Shown piece after piece: positions 29,481-41,826 of a stretch of DNA of 64,000 bases. Location of the stretch: the NCBI GenBank assembly GCA_951406725.2, contig OX597842.1, positions 25,110,001 through 25,174,000 on the forward strand. Direction: 5' to 3'. Source of the DNA: Octopus vulgaris (lineage: Eukaryota). The notes beneath the pieces were generated by a model. The model had not been told where the DNA came from and did no database searches. It saw nothing but the letters and a program-made list of their open reading frames with translations. A program made the translations under genes and the position numbers. The stretch's first letter is position 1; every line of letters starts with the position of its first letter.

Positions 29481-32400
29481 TCATATGTTGTGGTGTGCGC
29501 TATTGCTCCATTCTAGTTTTCTATTCAGGCTAGGTTTATTTTCTATTATATGTGTAGCTTCTGTAATTTGTCTAATTGTTGCATCTGTTCTATGTGTGGA
29601 CAATATCTTAATCTCTATGTTATTGATTGATCCCCCGTGTTCTTGTTCGGCGTGTTGGTACAGAATCGATGAGCTTTTACCTTCCTTGAGTTGTCTCCAA
29701 TGTTCATTCACCCGCTCACCAATGCTTCTTGCAGTTTCCCCTACGTATGTTACTGTCTTGTTACTGCATCGTCCCTCTATACATCTTATACTATAGACCA
29801 CATTTCTGGCTTTACAGTTCGTTTGTGGGCTAAATCTACATACAGTGCAATAGTTATCCGTACAGAGAGTTCTACTAAAAGGATAGGTTCTACCAATTAT
29901 AGATCTGATAGGGTTGCCTGGCTTTTCAACAACCTTAATTCTTAGTTTAAGTTTATCTAGGGTCCTTCTAAAGCGGTACGCTAGTTCACCTCCAGGGGTG
30001 GTGTCAACGAACATGACACTCTGGTATTTATGGCTATCATACCAAGAGTTGGCCTTCCTTATTTTCTTTTTTGTCCTTTCTATAGTGTTCCATGACTTGT
30101 TCCTATAGAGTGGGCAAATCCCATTCCTATCATTACATAATATATTATCAAATTTCTTCATGGCTCCTTTGTATACTCTGATCCTTTCTTTATGGCTGTA
30201 ACCTGAGAACTGCATGCGGTGAATGAAATACTGTATGTGTCTCTTTAATTCTGTAGGCTCGCACATGCGTGACACATTTCTCATTATTCTGACGAGGTCT
30301 GCCATCAAAATATTGAATTTGGCATTGCCCGCAATGGCTGAGTTCCGGTGGATCAGGTATTTTGAGGCCATAGGTTTTGCATAGTATGAATGAAGGATTT
30401 GGGTTTTATTTTTCACAATTTCTAGCCAGAGTTCAGTGTCTAGTACTGGTAGTCTATGGTTGGGGTGTTTAGTGGGGTAGTCTATTGTGACCTTAATACT
30501 CTGGTGGATGGAGTTAGCTATTTGCTGGATGCTCTCCATAGTATTAGTTTCTATTACTATATCAACCGTACTCTCTTGTGGGGGTGCCTTTACTACTATA
30601 TTGATATCATCAACATAGCGAGAGTACATGTTTACGAGTATGGATTTCTGCAGTAGGCATTCTTTAAGCCTTCTGTCCCACCATACCATGAAGAGGTTGG
30701 CCACATCACCAGCGATACTAACACCGATGGCTGCCCCCTCGTCCTGGGCATATATTTTATTATTAAATTTAAATGTGTGGCCTTTTAGGGTAACTCTTAT
30801 ACTAGCTCCTAGTGCATGTGCGATCATTTTCTTTACCTGATGGACATTTGCGGGGCTCCGTATGGCTCTGGTCCATCCGCGCCATCTTTCTATATGTGTC
30901 TTCCTAGCCATAGAAGTAATTGTAGGCGGTCTACCTCTTAAACATCTACTGGGGCAGAAACTACTAAGATTATGTTTATCTAAGTATTCACTATTATATG
31001 TCAGTCTAAGTAGGAGGCCCAGTTCTTCTGTGTCGACATTACAGAACTCCACCTGGCTCTCGTTGATCATCTCCACGCACTTCTCCACTGCAAAATCTAC
31101 GTCAATCGATGGGTATAGGGATACCACATCCATGCTACCTACTATACATCCTGTCAAGTCACAAGTTTTGTTACAGTCACTGATCCTGCTTAGGAGATCT
31201 TCTGTGCTGTCACATACATCAGGTGACATCCTGATTATAGGGCGTATGATCATTGAGAGGAAGTAGGAGATTCTGTAATTGCTAGCGATATTCGCTCCAC
31301 AGACTGGTCTTGTTGGTGGTCCTGCTATAGGGTCAGTAAAACCTTTATGGTCCTTGCGAAGTCCATACAGTGCCGGGATATCATTGTTCCAGGCTTGGAA
31401 ATTCTTTGCAGTACGTTTCTGAGGTCCCAGAACAATTGTCCACATCATCATGTGGGCATTGAGGACCTTTTCTCTCTCCTCATGCGCCTGTACAGTTGTT
31501 ACTTTTGTATTGGCGATATGAGGTTGCATTGCCTGGATGTAGTTCGGTAAGCTGTCTATTGACATCCTGCCTGACTTATCCGTGGGAAGGCATATCACCT
31601 CTCCGTTCCTCGTGCGCTGAATGAGCTTCTGTAGGCCACATGCAGGTTTAATCCCTAGTTGTTGGGCATCTGTCTTATTCTGTCTCTGTCTCTTAATGTA
31701 TAAACCTAAAATCTGTCTAAGTTTGGTCCTAGCTATAGTGAACTGTGCTTCCATGTGGTCATTAGTACGTCTTGGGATGTATACCCTTTTGTTGAAGGGT
31801 AATGTTGTTGGATAAATTCGGTTCATGCAGTAAGTTTTGTCGCATACGTTGAAGAATTGAGTGTCAAAGGGATGGGTATACATGTCAATGGTCTCTCTAG
31901 GGTTATCTTCATTATCGTTACTGTTTCCAACATCAGCCTTCCTATTATTATTATCACCATTACCACTACTACTACTACTACTAGTATTCCTATTACCACC
32001 ACAACTATCACTACTATCCTCATTACTACTTCTACTGTTACCATCACCACTACTACTACCACTATTATTGTTATTACCTTTATTCCTACCATTGCCATTA
32101 TTACTATCATCGCTAGTGATATATTCATTGTTCCTGTTTCTGGTGTATGTGTTGTTTATATTAGTGTTGGGTTTTATGTCTGTCTGTTGGTCCCTGTCAA
32201 TCCCCTTGTTGCGGTCGTTATTTTTGTTCCTATGAATATTGTTATCTGTTTCAAGTCCGCTGACTCCCTGTCCAAGGATCCTGTTGCATTCAACTTTATT
32301 CTCCATCGTGACCCCTATGACACAACTTTTATTCGTGTCTTTGTGACTATGGCTATCTGTGTGTGTGTTTGTGTGTCGGTTCTCCCTATAATTGTTGTTG

Positions 32401-33128
32401 TTGTTGCTGTTGTATACGATTTTTCTCTCTCTGTTTGTGTTTTTGTTTTTGTATCTATTGTTTGTGTCTATGCATACATTTTTTCTATTGTTATTGTTGT
32501 TGTCGCTGTTAGGGTTCGTGTTGTTGTTGTTGTTGCCGCTGTTAGGGTTCGTGTTGCTTTTGTTGCTACGGTTGTTATTGTTGCGGTCATTATTGTTTGT
32601 GTTGTTGTTGCTGCGGTTAGTGTTTTTCGCGTTGTTGTTGTTGTCGCAAGTGTTGTTGTCATAGTATCTATTTAAATTCCAACGTATTTTTGTGAACGAC
32701 TTTTCAATCTCGGACAGGCATTTGATGGTATTCACTTTACTATACACTGCATACTTTGGTGGTAGTTGAAGTATCGATATTTCATCTGGGTCCGTTGTTA
32801 CTCCCCCATAGATGTTCGCTTCATTGTCTTTATTGAACTCTTCTGGTAGTAGCACATCTTCCATAATAATTCCATTTATTGTATCTGGATACTTCTGCTT
32901 TTCTTCCTTTGCGAGCTCATATTGACGTTTCTGTTTCAACCACGATAACTTCCTCTTAAAATGGATATTGCATTGGTGTATTACATGTCTGTTTTCTTCA
33001 TATATTATATCCATTATTAAGGTTTTCTCCTTTCGTGTGGTGATACTTTTAATTTCTTTTAAAAATATACGTTTACGCTTCTCTTGTTCGCTCAGCTCTC
33101 TGTATATTCTATTTCTAATATTTACCAT
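29481..33128 (-). CDS. PLE polyprotein: N-terminal domain with Asn/Ser-rich insert, reverse transcriptase, Cys-rich linker, GIY-YIG endonuclease (1215 aa)
   Basis: [51 protein letters not shown], CxxxxCxxC, VVYSIRC...YVGET, R..EH, H...EH, E, LN. Confidence 0.95.
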   Translation of the reverse strand: MVNIRNRIYRELSEQEKRKRIFLKEIKSITTRKEKTLIMDIIYEENRHVIHQCNIHFKRKLSWLKQKRQYELAKEEKQKYPDTINGIIMEDVLLPEEFNKDNEANIYGGVTTDPDEISILQLPPKYAVYSKVNTIKCLSEIEKSFTKIRWNLNRYYDNNTCDNNNNAKNTNRSNNNTNNNDRNNNNRSNKSNTNPNSGNNNNNTNPNSDNNNNNRKNVCIDTNNRYKNKNTNRERKIVYNSNNNNNYRENRHTNTHTDSHSHKDTNKSCVIGVTMENKVECNRILGQGVSGLETDNNIHRNKNNDRNKGIDRDQQTDIKPNTNINNTYTRNRNNEYITSDDSNNGNGRNKGNNNNSGSSSGDGNSRSSNEDSSDSCGGNRNTSSSSSSGNGDNNNRKADVGNSNDNEDNPRETIDMYTHPFDTQFFNVCDKTYCMNRIYPTTLPFNKRVYIPRRTNDHMEAQFTIARTKLRQILGLYIKRQRQNKTDAQQLGIKPACGLQKLIQRTRNGEVICLPTDKSGRMSIDSLPNYIQAMQPHIANTKVTTVQAHEEREKVLNAHMMMWTIVLGPQKRTAKNFQAWNNDIPALYGLRKDHKGFTDPIAGPPTRPVCGANIASNYRISYFLSMIIRPIIRMSPDVCDSTEDLLSRISDCNKTCDLTGCIVGSMDVVSLYPSIDVDFAVEKCVEMINESQVEFCNVDTEELGLLLRLTYNSEYLDKHNLSSFCPSRCLRGRPPTITSMARKTHIERWRGWTRAIRSPANVHQVKKMIAHALGASIRVTLKGHTFKFNNKIYAQDEGAAIGVSIAGDVANLFMVWWDRRLKECLLQKSILVNMYSRYVDDINIVVKAPPQESTVDIVIETNTMESIQQIANSIHQSIKVTIDYPTKHPNHRLPVLDTELWLEIVKNKTQILHSYYAKPMASKYLIHRNSAIAGNAKFNILMADLVRIMRNVSRMCEPTELKRHIQYFIHRMQFSGYSHKERIRVYKGAMKKFDNILCNDRNGICPLYRNKSWNTIERTKKKIRKANSWYDSHKYQSVMFVDTTPGGELAYRFRRTLDKLKLRIKVVEKPGNPIRSIIGRTYPFSRTLCTDNYCTVCRFSPQTNCKARNVVYSIRCIEGRCSNKTVTYVGETARSIGERVNEHWRQLKEGKSSSILYQHAEQEHGGSINNIEIKILSTHRTDATIRQITEATHIIENKPSLNRKLEWSNSAHHNI

Positions 33129-33304
33129 TAGCGTCCTTTTTAGTCTTTCCGCTTGTCCGTTAGTGAGGTCAAGCCGTTTAACGTTGGCTGTGACCTTGTT
33201 GATACATATCCTGGACGAGACACATTGTTTTATAAACGAAGCTTTGCGTTGTCACAGTTTTCTTAGTATATAGTGTTCTCAGCATCTGCAGGGCTGCTCA
33301 TTGA

Positions 33305-33776
33305 AAACTTAAACTAAGAATTAAGGTTGTTGAAAAGCCAGGCAACCCTATCAGATCTATAATTGGTAGAACCTATCCTTTTAGTAGAACTCTGTACGGA
33401 TAACTATTGCACTGTATGTAGATTTAGCCCACAAACGAACTGTAAAGCCAGAAATGTGGTCTATAGTATAAGATGTATAGAGGGACGATGCAGTAACAAG
33501 ACAGTAACATACGTAGGGGAAACTGCAAGAAGCATTGGTGAGCGGGTGAATGAACATTGGAGACAACTCAAGGAAGGTAAAAGCTCATCGATTCTGTACC
33601 AACACGCCGAACAAGAACACGGGGGATCAATCAATAACATAGAGATTAAGATATTGTCCACACATAGAACAGATGCAACAATTAGACAAATTACAGAAGC
33701 TACACATATAATAGAAAATAAACCTAGCCTGAATAGAAAACTAGAATGGAGCAATAGCGCACACCACAACATATGA
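33305..33776 (+). pseudogene. Inverted duplicate of the PLE GIY-YIG coding end (2-bp deletion near 33390)
   Basis: Peptide identical to the C-terminus of 29481-33128. Confidence 0.9.
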
Positions 33777-34295
33777 CAATAGTGGATCCTGCAAACATAA
33801 TAAATACACAGGTAATTAAAGAAATAGAAATGAATATCTATGTGTATGTATATGTGTATATATATGTATATGTATATGTGTATATATGTGTGTATATATG
33901 TATATATATATATGTATATGTATATGTATGTATATATATATATATATGTATATGTATATTCTTTTTTTTTTTTTTTTTTTTTTCTCGATTAGATTTATTA
34001 TTATTATTACTAATATTGTTGTTATACATACATACAAGCATATGTAATGATAATAATGGGTGGATGTAAACACATGAACAAAATTAGAACAAAAGCAACA
34101 ACAACAAAAACAAAATACAAATTACAAGAATGTATATAACCAGAAGATACAAATATTACAGACATCCCCCCCACACACTAAATAAACATAGACGCACATA
34201 GAGATATAAGCATGCGCAAATGAAGACATACAATAGAAATACAAAATGGCTGACGGTTAGTAAGGAGAGACACAAGTAAGTGAGAAGAAAACAAA

Positions 34296-34340
34296 GGACC
34301 ACTGATGCGGTCACAGGAGTGTGACGAAAGAACTTTGGCC
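34296..34340 (+). ncRNA. Hammerhead-like motif in the inverted pLTR
   Basis: Exact reverse complement of 28921-28965. Confidence 0.6.
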
Positions 34341-34454
34341 GAAATAAGATTAAGATTAATGTAAAAAATAAATATCACTGAAGCAAAATAACACCAAATA
34401 TATAGTGCGTGTGTTTTTATTGGCTAAACTGGCAATATGACCATTCCGAAATAT

Positions 34455-34490
<36 letters not shown>

Positions 34491-35201
34491 TGTGTATAAC
34501 TATGTCTACTGTGTGTGTGTATGTATATGTTTGTGTGTGTGTCTATATGATGGGCTTCCTTTAGTTTCCACCTACCAAATCCACTCACAAGGCTTTGGTT
34601 GACCCAAGACTATAGTACAGACACTTACCCAAGGTGCCATGGAGTGCGACTGAACCTGGAACCATGTGATTGGAAAGCAAGCTTCTTACCACACAGTCAC
34701 ACAGTAGGACTGAACCTGGAACCTTTTGTTTGGAATACAAGCTTCTTGTTTCTTTACTGCTCACAAGGGGCTAAACATAGAGGGAAAAAACAAGGACAGA
34801 CAGAGGGATCAAGTCGATTACATTGACCCCAGCGTGTAACTGGTACTTAATTTATCAACCCCGAAAGGATGAAAGGCAAAGTCGACCTCAGCAAAATTTG
34901 AACTCAGAACGTAGTGGCAGACGAAATACTGCTGAGCATTTCGCCAGGCATGCTTACATTTCTGCCAGCTCGCCGTTTCTTACCACAAAGTCACACAGTG
35001 GGATAGAACCTGGAACCACGTGGTTGGAATGCAAGCTTCTTACCACACAGCCAAGCTTAAAAACAATGTTTAAGTACACATGCACGCACACACACACACA
35101 CACACACAAACACAAACACATACAAACACACACAAAAACACACACACAAACATACACACACAAACACACACACACATACACACACACAAACACACACACA
35201 C

Positions 35202-35238
<37 letters not shown>

Positions 35239-35282
35239 ACACAAACACACACACACACAAATACACACACACACACAAACAC

Positions 35283-35389
<107 letters not shown>

Positions 35390-35452
35390 AACACACACAA
35401 ACAAACACAACACACACACAAACACACACACAAACACACACACAAACACACA

Positions 35453-35498
<46 letters not shown>

Positions 35499-35529
35499 AA
35501 CACACACACACAAACACACATACACAGAA

Positions 35530-35578
<49 letters not shown>

Positions 35579-35833
35579 CACAATAGGCAAAATCTACTTC
35601 CACACACGCATGTGTGTGCGGGTGACTGTATGTGTGCTTGTGCACCTCTGGGTGTTTATGTTAAGGCCTCCCTGTTTGCCAGGGTATGTTGGTTTGTTTA
35701 TGTCCTGATACATATCCAGTGATGTGGCAGAAAGAAGCAGATAGAATCTGTGCCAGACTATAAAACCTAAATGTTTATTGGTAAACTTCAAACACAAGCA
35801 AAACACACTTAAGCACTTCAAATGCAGTGAATA

Positions 35834-35933
<100 letters not shown>

Positions 35934-35941
35934 TATGTGTG

Positions 35942-35979
<38 letters not shown>

Positions 35980-36201
35980 TATGTGTGTATGTATATATAT
36001 GTATCTCTCTCTCTCTATCTATCTATATATATATATATGTCAATGGGTCTGTGCGTGTGTTCGTATGCAGATCAAATGTAAAGAAATTGTAAGCATACAT
36101 TCCAAATACAATGAATACTTATGTATATGTGAGTGTGTGTATATATAAATATATATATAGATACAGATATGTGTGTGTATATGTATATATATGTATGTAT
36201 A

Positions 36202-36244
<43 letters not shown>

Positions 36245-36246
36245 AT

Positions 36247-36303
<57 letters not shown>

Positions 36304-36375
36304 AATATATATATCAATATATATATATACATCTCTATATATATTTGTGTGTGTGTGTGTGTGTGTGTGTATAAT

Positions 36376-36581
36376 GTAACCATTGGTTATGGCCATTCAG
36401 GAAGTTTTATGTTCAGATCAGCCAGATCTGGTCTATCATACTTACCCTACAATGTCAGTCTCAAAATAAGCGATCACATTTAAAAAATCCCAAAGCTGTG
36501 AGATAATCCATGATTAATTCAAAGCGATGTGGATAAATCTGCATAACATTTCACAGAATAATCTGAAGCCTGAAGGGTTAA
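36376..36581. mobile_element. Degenerate piggyBac-type MITE
   Basis: Same family as 8499-8719; ends aagggttaa. Confidence 0.6.
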
Positions 36582-36845
36582 TCCCCATCTAATATACAGA
36601 TGCAGCACCCAGCCCTGCCCCGCCCTGCCCTGCTGGCTTTGTTGACTTGTGAGCCCCATGGTGGCCTCAGTTGTGTCGGTGGAATGGAAAAAGCACCCAG
36701 TGCACAGTGTAAGGTGTTGGCATTATGAAGGGCATCCAATTGTAGAAACCATACTAATGTAGATACTTCAATATGATGCAGTCCTTGACTCAATGGATCC
36801 TTGTCAAACCATCAAACCCTTAAAAGCATGGAACATGAGCTTTTA

Positions 36846-36876
<31 letters not shown>

Positions 36877-36941
36877 CGACGACGATGGATAGATTGTTAC
36901 CCACTATACACATTTTTTTCTCTCCTTGTTTTTTCTGTGTC

Positions 36942-36979
36942 CCTATCTGTAGAAGAGCGTAGGCTCGAAACGTAAAAGA
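36942..36979 (+). ncRNA. Minimal hammerhead-like motif, CUGUAGA core
   Basis: CTGTAGA-A-GAGCGTAGGCTC-GAAA-CG-TA-AAAGA. Confidence 0.6.
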
Positions 36980-37150
36980 CTTTTTCTATTCCTGTGCATT
37001 ATACTAATACATCTGTTTGTTTTGTACACCACCTGTCTTTGTCTTTTGTTTTTTTCGTAAACTCTCCCTATATATATATATATATATATGAATAAATGAA
37101 AGAATGGAGTCGAACTTTTGTTTGTCTTGTTGTCGAGAGGGGCTCCCTTT

Positions 37151-37232
37151 CTTTCCTGATGAGAAAATTGCATAATGCACCCTTTATTCCTTTGGAATGA
37201 GAGCATGTTGTCTTCGAAACATGTGTCGAGAG
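37151..37232 (+). ncRNA. Canonical-core type-I hammerhead ribozyme motif
   Basis: CTTTC-CTGATGA-GAA...TTC-GAAA-CATGTG-TC-GAGAG; GUC triplet; enclosed by 30-bp inverted repeats 37086-37115 / 37257-37286. Confidence 0.8.
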
Positions 37233-37436
37233 TAAAGGAATTTTGTTAACATCTTCGTTCGACTCCATTCTTTCATTCATTCATATACAACACACAAATT
37301 TCTACACATGAACCCGGAGTTTCTACCCTTAACAGGTCGCTTCAACAGTGTTTTCTGACGTGAATTTGCTACCCAGGTTTCGGTTAAACGAATTTTCCAT
37401 GCTGACGATAAACATAGGATAATTCATTCACCTACT

Positions 37437-37479
<43 letters not shown>

Positions 37480-37560
37480 GTATGTATGTAAACACACATA
37501 GTTGGAATATATGCATATACTTATAATATTTCATTTGCATATATTTAAATACATACACAT

Positions 37561-37724
37561 TGGCTGTGTGTTAAGTAGCTTGCTTACCAAACACATGGTT
37601 CTGGGTTCAGTCCCACTGCATGGCACCTTGGGCAAGTATCTTCTACTATAGCCTTGTGCTGACCTTGTGAGTGGATTTGGTAGATGGAAACTGAAAGAAG
37701 CCTGACATATATATACGTACATAT

Positions 37725-37787
<63 letters not shown>

Positions 37788-37990
37788 TATATGTATGTAT
37801 GTTTGTGTATATGTTTGTGTGTCTGTGTTTGTACCCCCAACATCACTTGACAACACATGTTGGTGTGTTTACATCCCTGTAACTTAGCAGTTCAGCAAAA
37901 AAGCCTGATAGAATAAGTACTAGGCTTACAAAGAATAGTCCTTGGATTGATTTGCTCGACTAAAGACAGTGCCCCCGCATGGCCACAGTC
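37561..37990 (+). mobile_element. tRNA-derived SINE family A
   Basis: Multi-copy consensus match. Confidence 0.8.
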
Positions 37991-37998
37991 ACATATAT

Positions 37999-38530
37999 AT
38001 ATTCACAAAGAAGATTCACAAAGAAGATTGCCTCTTTGCAACAGCTCAGCTACTGGGAAAGGCTGAAACAGCTGAGACTCTACTCCCTGGAGAGAAGACG
38101 GGAGAGGTATGCATTAATATATGTCTGGAAGATCCTGGAAGGAATTGTGCCAAATTTTGGCATTGTAAGCTACACCAATGCTAGAACGGGACGACACTGC
38201 ATAGTGCCAAAGATCCCGGCAATGACATCACGCTTCAGGACCAGCTTCTGCAACAGCCTGGGTTTCAAGGGCCCACAGCTTTTTAATATCCTCCCAAAGA
38301 GCCTGAGGAACCTGCACAAAGTAGATGTAGGTGTTTTTAAATCAAAGCTGAACCTCTTCCTCTCGAGAGTCCCAGATGAACCTACATTATTGCAAGAGGT
38401 ACAAATGAGGGTAGCTATGTCAAACTCCATTCTTCACCAAGAGCCACATATTGGAGGAAGCTCTCAGTAATAACAGTGTAGCACAAAATGGCGGTGCATC
38501 AGCATGGCTGCAGCTCTGAGCTGAAAGTGG
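37999..38530 (+). mobile_element. CR1-type LINE 3' fragment
   Basis: QRRFTKKI..LSYWERLKQLRLYSLERRRERY..IYVWK; the 3' tail resembles the SINE A tail. Confidence 0.85.
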
Positions 38531-38553
38531 AGAATATATATATATATATATAT

Positions 38554-38621
38554 ATACTTTATTATTAGAGCTGTAAAAATATCACAAAAATATCACAAAA
38601 AACTGACAGTAATTTTTTGTA

Positions 38622-38696
<75 letters not shown>

Positions 38697-38757
38697 TACA
38701 TATTACAAAAAATTACTGTCAGTTTTTTGTGATATTTTTACAGCTCTAATAATAAAG

Positions 38758-38760
<3 letters not shown>
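38554..38760. repeat. Inverted repeat (~70-bp arms) around a (TA)n core
   Basis: atactttattattagagctgtaaaaatatcac... / ...gtgatatttttacagctctaataataaagtat. Confidence 0.85.
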
Positions 38761-38788
<28 letters not shown>

Positions 38789-38938
38789 CAATTATCAATT
38801 TAATTGTTTTTTTTTTCTCTTTCCATTGTCTTCTGGTGGTCAAATAAATTTTCATCCATCAAACGAAATTCGGTATCAGTAGAATCATTGTACTGACCAA
38901 CCACTATCCTAAGTCCAGATAAAGTGATTTATATATAT

Positions 38939-39040
<102 letters not shown>

Positions 39041-39228
39041 TTTAAAAATATAATGTCCTTCATAGACAATCAAATTTATATTTAGACGTTTCAAATATAT
39101 ACAGTATAAACAAACACACACACGCACACACACACAAACATACACACACACACACACACGGATACATGGCTGGTAGTGAACAGCCAAATTGGTACTGATA
39201 CAGACTGGGGGAATCTGACTGTTTTTAT

Positions 39229-39314
<86 letters not shown>

Positions 39315-39538
39315 TCTTTACTCTTTACTCCTTTACTTGTTTCGTTCATTTGACTGTGGCCATGCTGGAGCACCGCCTTTAGTCGAGCAAATCGACCCCA
39401 GGACTTATTCTTTTTGTAAGCCCAGTACTTATTCTATCGGTCACTTTTGCCGAACCGCTAAGTGACGGGAACGTAAACACACCAGCATCGGTTGTCAAGC
39501 AATGCTAGAGGGACAAACACAGACACACACAAACACAT

Positions 39539-39581
<43 letters not shown>

Positions 39582-39748
39582 TACGACAGGCTTCTTTCAG
39601 TTTCCGTCTACCAAATCCACTCACAAGGCATTGGTCGGCCCGAGGCTATAGCAGAAGACACTTGCCCAAGGTGCCACGCAGTGGGACTGAACCCGGAACC
39701 ATGTGGTTGGTAAACAAGCTACTCACCACACAGCAACTCCTGTGCCTA
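39315..39748 (-). mobile_element. tRNA-derived SINE family A, full length
   Basis: Multi-copy consensus match with (tttactc)n tail. Confidence 0.85.
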
Positions 39749-39971
39749 TAACATATATATATATATATACATTAAATGTAAGCAATAAAAATGTGTGTGT
39801 GTGTATGTGTGTGTCTATCTGTTTACTATCTATCTAACAATACATCAGTTTGCTCAATTTCTCTCCCCCTCTCGCTCTCTCATTATCTATTTATTTATCT
39901 GTCTGTGTCTCTATTTATCTCTCCCTCTCTCTCTTTCTATCTGTCTATCTATCTCTATCTGTCTATATCTA

Positions 39972-40093
<122 letters not shown>

Positions 40094-40297
40094 TATACAT
40101 ATACACACACAAACACATATATATATATATACATATATACGACAGGCTTCTTTCAGTTTCTGTCTGCCAAATTCATTCACAAGGATTTGGTTGGCCCGAG
40201 GCTATAGTAGAAGACACTTGACCAAGGTGCCATGCAGTGGGACTGAACCCAGAACCATCAGGTTCGTTAGCAAGCTTCTTACCACACAGCCACTCCT

Positions 40298-40341
<44 letters not shown>

Positions 40342-40502
40342 AGATATGAGTGAGGAATCTAAAGTGGGTCTTGTATGAGCATTAGACCCGCATTAGACTC
40401 CTCATTTGTATCAATATCGAACCAGGAGTTTCCTATGGTCTTTCTATAGCTCTTACACAGTGTTACCAGCCGCCTTTGGTTTCCTGGATACCAATACCTC
40501 TC

Positions 40503-40547
<45 letters not shown>

Positions 40548-40548
<1 letters not shown>

Positions 40549-41165
40549 CATCATCATCATCATTTAACGTCCGCTTTCCATGCTAGCATGGGTTGGACGG
40601 TTCAACTGGGGTCTGTGAAGCTGGAAGGCTTCGTCAGGCCCAGTCTTATCAGGCAGTGTTTCTACAGCTGGATGCCCTTCCTAACGCCAACCACTCCGTG
40701 AGTGTAGTGGGTGCTTTTTACATGCCACCGTCGCAGGTGCCAGGCGAGGCTGGTGACAGCCACGAATGGATGGTGCTTTTACGTGCCACCGGCATGGAGG
40801 CCAGTCGGGGCGGCGTTGGCAACGGCCACGAATGGATGGTGCTTCTTACGTGCCACCGGCATGGGGGCCAGGCGAGGCTGGCAACGGCCACGAACGGATT
40901 GTGCTTTTTACGTGTCATTGGCATGGAGGCCAGTCGGGGCGGCGCTGGCAACGGCCATGAACGGATGGTGCTTCTTACGTGCCGCCGGCACGGGGGCCAG
41001 GCGAGGCTGGCAACGGCCACGAACGGATTGTGCTCTTTACGTGTCATCGGCACAGAGGCCAGTCGGGGCGGCGCTGGCAATGGCCACAATCGGATGGTTC
41101 GCTTACTTGTCACCGGCACTGGTATCACAGCCACAATTTCCATTGATGTTGATCGACTTTGATTT
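40548..41165 (-). mobile_element. SINE family C with ~60-bp internal tandem repeats and (GAT)n tail
   Basis: Multi-copy in the window. Confidence 0.8.
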
Positions 41166-41199
41166 TGGTTCTGCTTTCTGATATCTGATTTGATTTTGA

Positions 41200-41254
<55 letters not shown>

Positions 41255-41262
<8 letters not shown>

Positions 41263-41468
41263 GTTGTATACTGTCAATCTAACACGAACGTGACAGTAGG
41301 GGGTTACACCACCGCTGTTTAGCCCTAGGAAGCATCGACGCCACCTGATGGCTTTGACACATTTTTCAAAGCCATCAGGAGGCGTCGATGCTTCCTAGGG
41401 CTAAACAGCGGTGTTGTAACCCCCTACCGTCCCATTCACGTTAGATTGACAGTATACAACCATTCTAT
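41255..41468. repeat. Near-perfect 214-bp hairpin (8-nt loop)
   Basis: atagaatggttgtatactgtcaatctaac...gatggctttga cacatttt tcaaagccatc...gttagattgacagtatacaaccattctat. Confidence 0.9.
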
Positions 41469-41506
41469 CACCCCACCACCGTACATATCTCTATGAGAAA
41501 TTTAGA

Positions 41507-41538
<32 letters not shown>

Positions 41539-41597
41539 TTGATCTCTTGAGCACCACCAGCGAATATATTTTTTTCCTCTGTCTTCCCTTCTCCTTT

Positions 41598-41632
41598 GTT
41601 TCCGACGAAGAGCTCCGCTCGAAATGTTAAAC
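41598..41632 (+). ncRNA. Minimal hammerhead-like motif, CCGACGA core
   Basis: GTTT-CCGACGA-A-GAGC(TCC)GCTC-GAAA-TG-TT-AAAC. Confidence 0.6.
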
Positions 41633-41772
41633 CCTCCTTCCCTTCTTTCCTGAGCGTCAAATAATACTTTTATTATTCCACGTCCTCGCGTTGCTGTGTT
41701 TTTTTTCTGTGTTTTCTTGTTTGGATTAACTATATATATATATACATACTTTATTTAAAAGCAGCAGAAATT

Positions 41773-41826
41773 CAACAAAACCTTTTACTCGGAGTTTCAC
41801 GCTCCCGTTCGTCGGACAGTTTTGTT
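41773..41826 (-). ncRNA. Minimal hammerhead-like motif, CCGACGA core, different family
   Basis: AACAAAACTGT-CCGACGA-ACG(GGAG)CGT-GAAA-CTCCGAG-TA-AAAGGTTTTGTT. Confidence 0.65.

Larger units (their letters stand above)
28745..34462 (-). mobile_element. Penelope-like retroelement (C-terminal GIY-YIG) with inverted pseudo-LTRs (28798-29954 and 33305-34462), inserted in (TA)n
   Basis: RT+EN ORF; last ~1157 bp of the element repeated in inverted orientation at the 5' end; (TA)n on both flanks. Confidence 0.93.

Noticed and set aside
33245-33285. Selenocysteine read-through of in-frame TGA codons upstream of the PLE ORF
   Set aside because: Sec-encoding PLEs are the N-terminal-EN Naiads; this element has a C-terminal EN, no SECIS was recognised, and a 1-bp frameshift explains it more simply
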